Assembly: GCF_009914755.1 (NCBI RefSeq)
Contig: NC_060928.1
Reading direction: 5' to 3' (one strand)
Length of the DNA: 64,000 nucleotides
Source: the human T2T-CHM13v2.0 reference genome, Homo sapiens
This document shows positions 12,221 to 26,882 of the stretch, one piece after another. How positions within the stretch are numbered: position 1 is the first letter of the stretch; each line of letters starts with the position of its first letter. Under the pieces are notes generated by a model that worked only from the letters and a program-made list of their open reading frames with translations, ran no database searches and had not been told where the DNA came from. A program made the position numbers and the translations under genes.

Positions 12221-15200
12221 GATAATTTATGTGCAGTATATAGTTTGAGTACTTTGATATTTTATGTACAGTTTATTATCAATGTTTGGTTACTTTCACA
12301 TTTTATGTACAGTATATAATACATAATTTGGGCACTTTGATATTTTATGTACAGTATATAATACATACTTTGGGTACTTTTGTATTTTATGTACAGTATA
12401 TAATACATAGTTTGGGTACTTTGATATTTAATGTATAGTATATAATACACACTTTGCGTACTTTGATATTTTATGTAAAGTATGTAATACATACTTTGGG
12501 TACTTTGATATTTTATGTACACTATGTAATACACACTTTGGGTACTTTGATATGTTATGTACAGTATGTAAAACATACTTTGGGTAGTTTGGTATTTTAT
12601 GATCAGTATATAATACATATTTTGGGTACTTTGATATTTTATGTACAGTATATAATACATACTTTGGGTACTTTGATAGTTTATGTACAGTATATAATGC
12701 ATAATTTGGATACTTTTATATTTTATGCACAGTATATAATACATACTTTGGGTACTTTGATATTTTATCTACAGTATATAATGCATACTTTGGGTACTTT
12801 GATAGATTATGTACAGTATACAATACATACTTTGGGTACTTTGATATTTTATGTACAGTATATAATATGTAGTTTGGGTACTTTGATATTTTAACTACAG
12901 TATATAATACATACTTTGGGTACTTTGATATTTTATCTACAGTATATAATACATACTTTGGGTACTTTGACATATCATGTACAGTATATAATACATAGTT
13001 TGGGTACTTTGGTATTTTTTGTACAGTATGTAAAACATAATTTGGGGAGTTTGATATTTTATGAACAGTATATAATACACATTTTGGGTACTTTGATATT
13101 TTATGTACAGTATATAATACATACTTTGGGTACTTTGATATTTTATGTACAGTATATAATACATACTTTGGGTACTTTGATATTTTATGTACAGTATATA
13201 ATACATACATTGGGTACTTCGATATTTTATGTGCAGTACACTATATATAGTTTGGGTACTTTGATATTTTATGTCCAGTATAAAATAAATAGTTTTGGTA
13301 CTTTGATATTTTATGTACAGTATATAGTTTGAGTACTTTGATATTTAATGTACAGTTTATTATAAATGTTTGGGTGCTTTCATATTTTATATACAGTATA
13401 TAATACATACTTTGGGCACTTTGATATTTTATGTACAGTATATAATACATTCTTTGGGTACTTTCATATTTTATGTACGGTATATAATACATACATTGGG
13501 TACTTTGATATTTTATGTACAGTATATAATATATAGTTTGGGTACTTTGATATTTTATATACAGTATATAATATATATTATGTGTACTTTGATATATTAT
13601 GTACAGTATATAATATATAGTTTGGGTTGTTTGATATTTTATGTACAGTATATAATATATAGTTTGGGTAGTTTGATATTTTAAGTAGAGTTTGTAATAT
13701 ATACTTTGTGTAATTTAATATTTTATGTACAGTATACAATATATAGTATTGGTACTTTGATATTTCATGTAAAGTATATAGTTTGAGTACTTTGATATTT
13801 TATATAGAGTTTATTATAAAAGTTTGGGTACCTTCATATTTTATGTACAGTATATAATACATACTTTGGGAACTTTTATTTTATGTGCAGTATATAATAC
13901 ATACTTTGGGTACTTTGATATTTTATGTGCAGTATATAATACACACTTTGGGGACTTTGATATTTTATGTACAGTATATAATACACACTTTGGGTACTTT
14001 GATATTTTATGTACAGTATATAATACATACTTGGGTACTTTGATATTTTTTGTACAGTATATAATACATACTTTGGGTACTTTAATATTTTATGTATAGT
14101 ATATAATACATACTTTGTGTAGTTTGATATTTTATGTACAGTATACAATATATAGTTTGAGTACTTTGATATTTTATGTCCAGTATAAAATATATAGTTT
14201 TCCTAATTGATATTTTATGTACAGAATATAGTTTGAGTACTTTGATATTTTATGTACACTTTATTATAAATGTTTGGGTACTTTCATATTTTATGTACAG
14301 TATATAATACATACTTTGGTCTCTTTGATGTTTTATGTACAGTATATAATACATACTTTGGGTTCTTTGATATTTTATGTGCAGAATATAATGCATAGTT
14401 TTAGGTACTTTTATATTTTATGTACAGTATATAATACATACTTTGGGTACTTTGATATTTTATGTACAGTATACAATACATACTTTGGGAACTTTGATAT
14501 TTTATGTACAGTATGTAATACATACTTTGGGTACTTTGATATTTTATGTACAGTATATAATACATATTATTGGTACTTTGATATTTTATGTACAGTATAC
14601 AATATATAGTTTGAGTACTTTGATATTTTATGTCCAGTATAAAATACATAGATTTCATACTTTGATATTTTATGTACAGAATATAGTTTGAGTACTTTGA
14701 TATTTTATGTACACTTTATCATAAAAGTTAGGGTACTTTCATATTTTACGTACAGTATATAATACATACTTTGGGCACTTTGATGTTTTATGTACAGTAT
14801 ATAATACATACTTTGTGTTCTTTGATATGTTATGTACAGCATATAGTACATAATTTGGGGACTTTTATATTTTATGTACATTATATAATACATACTTTGG
14901 GTACTTTTATATTTTATGTACGGTATATAATGCATACTTTGGGTACTTTGATATATTATGTACAGTATATAATACATACTTTGCGTACTTTGATATATTA
15001 TGTACAGTATATAATACATACTTAGGGTACTTTGACATTTTATGTACAGTACATAATACATACTTTGGGTACTTTGATATTTTATGTACAGTATATAATA
15101 CATACTTTGTGTACTTTGATATTTTATGTACAGTATAAAATACATATTTTGGGTACTTTTATATTTTATGTACAGTATATAATATATAGTTTGGGTACTT

Positions 15201-18200
15201 TGATATTTTATGTACGGTATATAATACATACTTTGGGTACTTTGATATTTTATGTACAGTATATAATACATACTTTTGTACTTTGATATTTTATGTACAG
15301 TATATAATACATACTTTGGGTACTTTGATATTTAATGTACAGTATATAATACACACTTTGCGTACTTTGATATTTTATGTAAAGTATGTAATACATACTT
15401 TGGGTACTTTGATATTTTATGTACAGTATGTAATACACACTTTTGGTACTTTGATATTTTATGTAAAGTATGTAAAACATACTTTGGGTAGTTTGGTATT
15501 TTATGATCATTATATAATACATATTTTGGGTACTTTGATATTTTATGTACAGTATATAATACATACTTTGGGTACTTTGATATTTTATGTACAGTATATA
15601 ATGCATACTTTGGATACTTTGATATTTTATGTACAGTATATAATACATACTTTGGGTACTTTGATATTTTATGTACAGTATGTAATACATAATTTGGGTA
15701 ATTTAATATTTTATTTATAGTATATAATACATACTTTGGGTACCTTGATATTTTATGGACAGTGTATAATACATACTTTGGGTACTCTGATATTTTATGT
15801 ACAGTGTATAATATATAGTTTGGGTACTTTGATAATTTATGTGCAGTATATAGTTTGAGTACTTTGATATTTTATGTACAGTTTATTATCAATGTTTGGT
15901 TACTTTCACATTTTATGTACAGTATATAATACATAATTTGGGCACTTTGATATTTTATGTACAGTATATAATACATACTTTGGGTACTTTTGTATTTTAT
16001 GTACAGTATATAATACATAGTTTGGGTACTTTGATACTTAATGTATAGTATATAATACACACTTTGCGTACTTTGATATTTTATGTAAAGTATGTAATAC
16101 ATACTTTGGGTACTTTGATATTTTATGTACACTATGTAATACACACTTTGGGTACTTTGATATGTTATGTACAGTATGTAAAACATACTTTGGGTAGTTT
16201 GGTATTTTATGATCAGTATATAATACATATTTTGGGTACTTTGATATTTTATGTACAGTATATAATACATACTTTGGGTACTTTGATAGTTTATGTACAG
16301 TATATAATGCATAATTTGGATACTTTTATAGTTTATGCACAGTATATAATACATACTTTGGGTACTTTGATATTTTATCTACAGTATATAATGCATACTT
16401 TGGGTACTTTGATAGTTTATGTACAGTATACAATACATACTTTGGGTACTTTGATATTTTATGTACAGTATATAATATGTAGTTTGGGTACTTTGATATT
16501 TTAACTACAGTATATAATACATACTTTGGGTACTTTGATATTTTATCTACAGTATATAATACATACTTTGGGTACTTTGACATATCATGTACAGTATATA
16601 ATACATAGTTTGGGTACTTTGGTATTTTTTGTACAGTATGTAAAACATAATTTGGGGAGTTTGATATTTTATGAACAGTATATAATACACATTTTGGGTA
16701 CTTTGATATTTTATGTACAGTATATAATACATACTTTGGGTACTTTGATATTTTATGTACAGTATATAATACATACTTTGGGTACTTTGATATTTTATGT
16801 ACAGTATATAATACATACATTGGGTACTTCGATATTTTATGTGCAGTACACTATATATAGTTTGGGTACTTTGATATTTTATGTCCAGTATAAAATAAAT
16901 AGTTTTGGTACTTTGATATTTTATGTACAGTATATAGTTTGAGTACTTTGATATTTAATGTACAGTTTATTATAAATGTTTGGGTGCTTTCATATTTTAT
17001 ATACAGTATATAATACATACTTTGGGCACTTTGATATTTTATGTACAGTATATAATACATTCTTTGGGTACTTTCATATTTTATGTACGGTATATAATAC
17101 ATACATTGGGTACTTTGATATTTTATGTACAGTATATAATATATAGTTTGGGTACTTTGATATTTTATATACAGTATATAATATATATTATGTGTACTTT
17201 GATATATTATGTACAGTATATAATATATAGTTTGGGTTGTTTGATATTTTATGTACAGTATATAATATATAGTTTGGGTAGTTTGATATTTTAAGTAGAG
17301 TTTGTAATATATACTTTGTGTAATTTAATATTTTATGTACAGTATACAATATATAGTATTGGTACTTTGATATTTCATGTAAAGTATATAGTTTGAGTAC
17401 TTTGATATTTTATATAGAGTTTATTATAAAAGTTTGGGTACCTTCATATTTTATGTACAGTATATAATACATACTTTGGGAACTTTTATTTTATGTGCAG
17501 TATATAATACATACTTTGGGTACTTTGATATTTTATGTGCAGTATATAATACACACTTTGGGGACTTTGATATTTTATGTACAGTATATAATACACACTT
17601 TGGGTACTTTGATATTTTATGTACAGTATATAATACATACTTGGGTACTTTGATATTTTTTGTACAGTATATAATACATACTTTGGGTACTTTAATATTT
17701 TATGTATAGTATATAATACATACTTTGTGTAGTTTGATATTTTATGTACAGTATACAATATATAGTTTGAGTACTTTGATATTTTATGTCCAGTATAAAA
17801 TATATAGTTTTCCTAATTGATATTTTATGTACAGAATATAGTTTGAGTACTTTGATATTTTATGTACACTTTATTATAAATGTTTGGGTAATTTCATATT
17901 TTATGTACAGTATATAATACATACTTTGGTCTCTTTGATGTTTTATGTACAGTATATAATACATACTTTGGGTTCTTTGATATTTTATGTGCAGAATATA
18001 ATGCATAGTTTTAGGTACTTTTATATTTTATGTACAGTATATAATACATACTTTGGGTACTTTGATATTTTATGTACAGTATACAATACATACTTTGGGA
18101 ACTTTGATATTTTATGTACAGTATGTAATACATACTTTGGGTACTTTGATATTTTATGTACAGTATATAATACATATTATTGGTACTTTGATATTTTATG

Positions 18201-21200
18201 TACAGTATACAATATATAGTTTGAGTACTTTGATATTTTATGTCCAGTATAAAATACATAGATTTCATACTTTGATATTTTATGTACAGAATATAGTTTG
18301 AGTACTTTGATATTTTATGTACACTTTATCATAAAAGTTAGGGTACTTTCATATTTTACGTACAGTATATAATACATACTTTGGGCACTTTGATGTTTTA
18401 TGTACAGTATATAATACATACTTTGTGTTCTTTGATATGTTATGTACAGCATATAGTACATAATTTGGGGACTTTTATATTTTATGTACATTATATAATA
18501 CATACTTTGGGTACTTTTATATTTTATGTACGGTATATAATGCATACTTTGGGTACTTTGATATATTATGTACAGTATATAATACATACTTTGCGTACTT
18601 TGATATATTATGTACAGTATATAATACATACTTAGGGTACTTTGACATTTTATGTACAGTACATAATACATACTTTGGGTACTTTGATATTTTATGTACA
18701 GTATATAATACATACTTTGTGTACTTTGATATTTTATGTACAGTATAAAATACATATTTTGGGTACTTTTATATTTTATGTACAGTATATAATATATAGT
18801 TTGGGTACTTTGATATTTTATGTACGGTATATAATACATACTTTGGGTACTTTGATATTTTATGTACAGTATATAATACATACTTTTGTACTTTGATATT
18901 TTATGTACAGTATATAATACATACTTTGGGTACTTTGATATTTAATGTACAGTATATAATACACACTTTGCGTACTTTGATATTTTATGTAAAGTATGTA
19001 ATACATACTTTGGGTACTTTGATATTTTATGTACAGTATGTAATACACACTTTGGGTACTTTGATATTTTATGTAAAGTATGTAAAACATACTTTGGGTA
19101 GTTTGGTATTTTATGATCATTATATAATACATATTTTGGGTACTTTGATATTTTATGTACAGTATATAATACATACTTTGGGTACTTTGATATTTTATGT
19201 ACAGTATATAATGCATAATTTGGGTACTTCAATAGTTTATGCACAGCATATAATACATATTTTGGGTAATTTGATATTTTATGTACAGTATATAATGCAT
19301 ACTTTGGGTACTTTGATAGTTTATGTACAGTATACAATACATACTTTGGGTACTTTGATATTTTTTGTACAGTATATAATATGTAGTTTGGGTACTTTGA
19401 TATTTTAACTGCAGTATATAATACATACTTTGGGTACTTTGATATTTTATCTACAGTATATAATAGATACTTTGGGTACTTTGATATATTATGTACAGTA
19501 TATAATACATAGTTTGATTACTTTGATATTTTTTGTACAGTATGTAAATCATACTTTGGGGAGTTTGATATTTTATGAAAAGTATATAATACACATTTTG
19601 GGTACTTTGATATTTTATGTACGGTATATAATACATACTTTGGGTACTTTGATATTTTATGTACAGTATATAATTCATACTTTGGGTACTTTGATATTTT
19701 ATGTACAGTATATAATACATACATTGGGTACTTCGATATTTTATGTGCAGTAACCTATGTATAGTTTGGGTACTTTGATATTTTATGTCCAGTATAAAAT
19801 AAATAGTTTTGGTACTTGGATATTTTATGTACAGTATATAGTTTGAGTACTTTCATATTTAATGTTCAGTTTATTATAAATGTTTGGGTGCTTTCATATT
19901 TTATATACAGTATATAATACATACTTTGGGCACTTTGATATTTTCTGTACAGTATATAATACATACTTTGGGTACTTTGATATTTTATGTACAGTATATA
20001 ATATATAGTTTGGTTACTTTGATATTTTATATACAGTATATAATATATATTATCTGTACTTTGATAAATTATGTACAGTATATAATATATAGTATGGGTT
20101 GTTTGATATTTTATGTACAGTATATAATATATAGTTTGGGTAGTTTGATATTTTTAGTACAGTATGTAATATATAGTTTGTTTTATTTGATATTTTATGT
20201 ACAGTATACAATATATAGTGTTGGTACTTTGATATTTCATGTAAAGTATATAATTTGAGTACTTTGATATTTTATATGCAGTTTATTATAAATGTTTGGG
20301 TACCTTCATATTTTATGTACAGTATATAATACATACTTTGGGAACTTTTATTTTATGTGCAGTATATAATACATACTTTGGGTACTTTGATATTTTATGT
20401 ACAGTATATAATATATACTTTGGGAACTTTGATATTTTATGTACAGTATGTAAAACATACTTCGGGTACTTTGATATTTTATGTACAGTACATAATACAT
20501 ACTATTGGTACTTTGATATTTTATGTACATTATACAATATATAGTTTGAGTACTTTGATATTTTATGTCCAGGATAAAATATATAGATTTCATACTTTAA
20601 TATTTTATGTACAGAAGATAGTTTGAGTACTTTGATATTGTATGTACACTTTATTATAAAAGTTTGGGTACTTTCATATTTTACGTACAGTACATAATAC
20701 ACACTTTGGGCACTTTGATGTTTTATGTACAGTATATAATACATACTTTAGGTTCTTTTATATTTTATGTACAGCATATAATACAAAATTTGGGGACTTT
20801 TATATTTTATGTACATTATATAATACATACTTTGGGTACTTTTATATTTTATGTACGGTATATAATACATACTTTGGGTACTTTGATATATTATGTACAG
20901 TATATAATACATACTTAGGGTACTTTGACATTTTATGTACAGTATATAATACATACTTTGGGTACTTTGATATTTTATGAACAGTATATAAAACATACTT
21001 TGGGTACTTTGATATTTTATGTACTGTATATAATACATACTTTGGGTACTTTTATATTTTATGTACAGTATATAATATATAGTTTGGGTACTTTGATATT
21101 TTATGTACGGTATATAATACATACGTTGGGTACTTTGATATTTTATGTATAGTATATAATACATTCTTTGGGTACTTTGATATTGTATGTACAGTATACA

Positions 21201-24200
21201 ATATATAGTTTGAGTACTTTGATATTTTATGTACTGTATAAAATATATAGTTTTGGTACTTTGATATTTTATGTATAGTATATAGTTTGAGTACTTTGAT
21301 ATTTTATGTACAATATATAATACATACGTTGGGAACTTTGATATATTATGTACAGTGTATAATTCATACTTTGGGTACTTTGATATTTTATGTACAGTAT
21401 ATAATACATAGTTTGTGTACTTTGATATTTTATGTACAGTATATAATACATACTTTGGGTACTTTGATATTTTATATACAGTATATAATACATACTTTGG
21501 GTACTTTCATATTTTATGTACAGTATATAATACATACTTTGGGTAGTTTGATATTTTATGTACAGTATACAATATATAGTTTGAGTACTTTGATATTTTA
21601 TGTGCAGTATAAAATATATAGTTTTGGTACTTTGATATTTTATGTACAGTTTATAGTTTGAATACTTTGATATTTTATGTACAGTTTATTATAAATGTTT
21701 GGGTACTTTCATATTTGATGTACAGTATATAATACATAATCTGGGCACTTTGATATTTTATGTACAGTATATAATACATACTTTGGGTACTTTGATATTT
21801 TATGTACAGTATATAATACATACTTTGGGTATCTTGATATTTTATGTACAGTATATAATGCATACTTTGGGTTCTTTGATATTTTATGTACAGTATATAA
21901 TGCATACTTTGAGTACTTTGATATTTTATATACAGTATATAATACATACTTTGGGTACTTTCATATTTTATGTACAGTATATAATACATACTTTGTGTAG
22001 TTTCATATTTTATGTACAGTATACAATATATAGTTTGAGTACTTTGATATTTTATGTCCAGTATAAAATATATAGTTTTCGTAATTGATATTTTATGTAC
22101 AGAATATAGTTTGAGTACTTTGATATTTTATGTACACTTTATTATAAATGTTTGGGTACTTTCATATTTTATGTACAGTATATAATACATACTTTGGTCT
22201 CTTTGATGTTTTATGTACAGTATATAATACATACTTTGGGTTCTTTGATATTTTATGTGCAGAATATAATGCATAGTTTTAGGTACTTTTATATTTTATG
22301 TACAGTATATAATACATACTTTTCGTACTTTGATATTTTATGTACAGTATATAATACATACTTTGGGTACTTTTATATTTTATGTACAGTATATAATACA
22401 TACTTTGGGTACTTTGATATATTATGTACAGTATATAATACATAATTTGTCTACTGTGATATATTATGTACAGTATATAATACATACTTTGGGTACTTTG
22501 ATATTTTATGTACAGAATATAATGCATACTTTGGGTACTTTGATATTTTATGTACAGTATATAATACATACTTTGGGTACTTTGATATTTTATGTACAGT
22601 ATATAATACATACTTTGGTACTTTTATATTTCATGTACAGTATATAATATATAGTTTGGGTACTTTGATATTTTATGTACAGTATATAATATATAGTTTG
22701 GGTACTTTGATATTTTATGTACGGTATATAATACATACTTTGGGTACTTTGACATTTTATGTATAGTATATAATACATACTTTGGGTACTTTGATATTGT
22801 ATGTACAGTATACAATATATAGTTTGAGTACTTTGATATTTTATGTACTGTATAAAATATATAGTTTTGGTACTTTGATATTTTATGTATAGTATATAGT
22901 TTGAGTACTTTGATATTTTATGTACAGTTTTTTATAAATATTTGGGTGCTTTCTTATTTTATGTACAGTATATAATACATACTAAGCGCACTTTGATATT
23001 TTATGTACAGTATAGAATACATACTTTGGTTACTCTGATATTTTATGTACAGTGTATAATACATACTTTGGGTACTTTGATATTTTATGTACAATATATA
23101 ATACATACGTTGGGAACTTTGATATATTATGTACAGTATATAATTCATACTTTGGGTACTTTGATATTTTATGTACAGTATATAATGCATAGTTTGTGTA
23201 CTTTGATATTTTATGTACAGTATATAATACATACTTTGGGTACTTTGATATTTTATATACAGTATATAATACATACTTTGGGTACTTTCATATTTTATGT
23301 ACAGTATATAATATATAGTTTGGGTACTTTGATATTTTATCTACAGCTTCTAATACATACTTTGGGTACTTTGATATTTTATGTACAGTATATAATACAT
23401 ACTTTGGGTAGTTTGATATTTTATGTATAGTATACAATATATAGTTTGAGTACTTTCATATTTTATCTGCAGTATAAAATATATAGTTTTGGTACTTTGA
23501 TATTTTATGTACAGTTTATAGTTTGAGTACTTTGATATTTTATGTACAGTTTATTATAAATGTTTGGGTACTTTCATATTTGATGTACAGTATATAATAC
23601 ATAATTTGGGCACTTTGATATTTTATGTACAGTATATAATACATACTTTGGGTACTTTTATATTTTATGTTCAGTATATAATACATAATTTGGGAACTTT
23701 GATATTTAATGTACAGTATATAATACACACTTTGCGTACTTTGATATTTTATGTAAAGCATGTAATACATACTTTGGGCACTTTGATATTTTATGTACAG
23801 TATGTAATACACACTTTGGGTACTTTGATATTTTATGTACAGTATGTAAAAGATACTTTGGGTAGTTTGATATATTATGTACAGTATATAATACATACTT
23901 TGGGTACTCTGATATTTTATGTACAGTGTATAATACATACTTTGGGTACTTTGATATTTTATGTACAGTATATAATACATACATTGGGTACTTTGATATA
24001 TTATGTACAGTATATAATACTTGGTGTACTTTGATATTTTATGTACAGTATATAATACATACTTTGTGTACTTTGATATTTTATGTACAGTATATAATAC
24101 ATACTTTGGGTACTTTGATATTTTATGTACAGTATATAATACATACTTTGGGTATCTTGATATTTTATATACAGTATATAATGCATACTTTGGGTACTTT

Positions 24201-26882
24201 GATATTTTATGTACAGTATATAATGCATACTTTGAGTACTTTGATATTTTATGTACAGCATGTAATACATACTTTGGGTACTTTGATATTTTTTGTACAG
24301 TATGTAATACATAATTTGGGTACTTTAATATTTTATGTATAGTATATAATACATACTTCGGGTTCTTTGATATTTTATGTACAGTATATAATACATACAT
24401 TGGGTACCTTCATATTTCATGTACAGTATATAATATATAGTTTGGATACTTTGGTATATTATGTACTGTATATAATACATACTTTGAGTACTTTGATATT
24501 TTATGTACAGCATATAATACATACTTTGCGTACTTTGATATTTTATGTCCAGTATAGAATATATAGTTTTGGTAGTTTGATATTTTATGTACAGTATATA
24601 GTTTGAGTACTTTCACATTTTATGTACAGTTTATTATAAATGTTTGGGTGTTTTCATATTTTATGTACTGTATATAATACATACATTGGGCACTTTGATA
24701 TATTATGTACAGTATATCATACATACTTTGGGTACTCTGATATTTTATGTACAGTATATAATACACACTTTGGGTACTTTGATATTTTATGTACAGGATA
24801 TAATGCATACTTTGGGTACTTTGATAGTTTATGTACAGTATATAATACATACTTTGGGTACTTTCATATTCTATGTATAGTATAAAATATACAGTTTGGG
24901 TACTTTGATATTTTATGTACAGTATGTAAAACATACTTTGGGGAGTTTGATATTTTATGTACAGTATGTAAAACATACTTTGGGGAGTTTGATATTTTAT
25001 GAACAGTATATAATACACATTTTGTGTACTTTGTTATTTTATGTACAGTATATAATACATACTTTGGGTACTTTGATATTTTATGTACAGTATATAATAC
25101 ATACTTTGGGTACTTTGATATTTTATGTACAGTATACAATATATAGTTTGAGTACTTTGATATTTTATGTACTGTATAAAATATATAGTTTTGGTACTTT
25201 GATATTTTATGTACAGTATATAGTTTGAGTACTTTGATATTTTATGTACAGTTTGTTATAAATATTTGGGTGCTTTCATATTTTATGTACTGTATATAAT
25301 ACATGCTTTAGGCACTTTGATATTTTATGTACAGTATATAATACATACTTTGGGTACTCTGATATTTTATGTACAGTGTATAATACATACTTTGGGTACT
25401 TTGATATTTTATGTACAGTATATAATGCATACATTGGGTACTTTGATATATTATGTACAGTATATAATACTTACTTGGGGTACTTTGATATTTTATGTAC
25501 AGTATATAATACATAGCTTGTGTACTTTGATATTTTATGTACAGTATATAATACATACTATTGGTACTTTGATATTTTATGTACAGTATACAATATATTG
25601 TTTGAGTACTTTGATATTTTATGTCCAGTATAAAATATATAGATTTCGTACTTTGATATTTTATGTACAGAATATAGTTTGAATACTTTGATATTTTATG
25701 TACACTTTATTATAAAAGTTTGGGTACTTTCATATTTTACGTACAGTATGTAATACATACTTTGGGCACTTTGATGTTTTATGCACAGTATATAATACAT
25801 ACTTTGGGTACTTTTATATTTTATGTACACTATATAATACATAGTTTGGGTACTTTGATATTTAATATACAGTATAAAATGCACACTTTGCGTACTTTGA
25901 TATTTTATGTAAAGTATGTAATACATACTTTGGGTAGTTTGATATTTTATGTACAGTATGTAATACACACTTTGGGTACTTTGATATTTTATGTACAGTA
26001 TGTAAAACATACTTTGGGTAGTTTGATATTTTATGATCAGTATATAATACACATTTTGGGTACTTTGATATTTTATGTACAGTGTATAATACATACGTTG
26101 GGTACTTTGATATTTTATGTACAGGATATAATGCATACTTTGGGTACTTTGATAGTTTATGTACAGTATATAATACTTACTTTGAGTACTTTGATATTTT
26201 ATATATAGTATAAAATATATAGTTTGGGTAGTTTGATATTTTAAGTATAGTATATGATACATACTTTGGGTACTTAGATATTTTATCTACAGTGTATAAT
26301 AAATACTATGGGTACTTTGATATATTATGTACAATAGATAATACATACTTTGGGTACTTTGATATTTTATGTACAGTATATAATACATACTTTGGGTACT
26401 TTGATATTTTATGTACAGTATATAATACATACATTGGGTGCTTTCATATTTCATGTACACTTTATAATATATAGTTTGGGTACTTTGGTATATTCTGTAC
26501 TGTATATAATACATACTTTGAGTATTTTGATATTTTATGTACAGTATATAATACATACTTTGGGTACTTTGATATTTTATGTACAGTATACAATATATAC
26601 TTTGCATATTTTGATATTTTATGTCCAGTATAGAATATATAGTTTTGGTAGTTTGATATTTTATGTAGAGTATATAGTTTGAGTACTTTCACATTTTATG
26701 TACAGTTTATTATAAATGTTTGGGTGTTTTCATATTTTATGTACTGTATATAATACATACTTTGGGCACATTGATATTTTATGTACAGTATATAATACAT
26801 ACTTTGGGTACTCTGATATTTTATGTACAGTATATAATACATAATTTGGGTAGTTTGATATTTTATGTACAGTATATAATAC
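11345..26882 (+). repeat. Large duplicated block, copy 1 (contains the extra 3,610-bp unit)
   Basis: Collinear with 32436-44541. Offsets: 21091 (11622/32713), 17481 (15872/33353 to 19884/37365), 17523, 17565, 17655 (21699/39354 to 23564/41219), 17659 (24644/42303 to 26720/44379). Confidence 0.9.
11946..19217 (+). repeat. Near-perfect tandem duplication, 3,610-bp unit, 2 copies (11946-15607 / 15556-19217)
   Basis: ORF pairs 12262/15872, 12454/16064, 12916/16526, 13370/16980, 13824/17434, 14274/17884, 14705/18315 and 15283/18893 all differ by 3610. Only about 5 mismatches were seen by eye. Confidence 0.93.
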
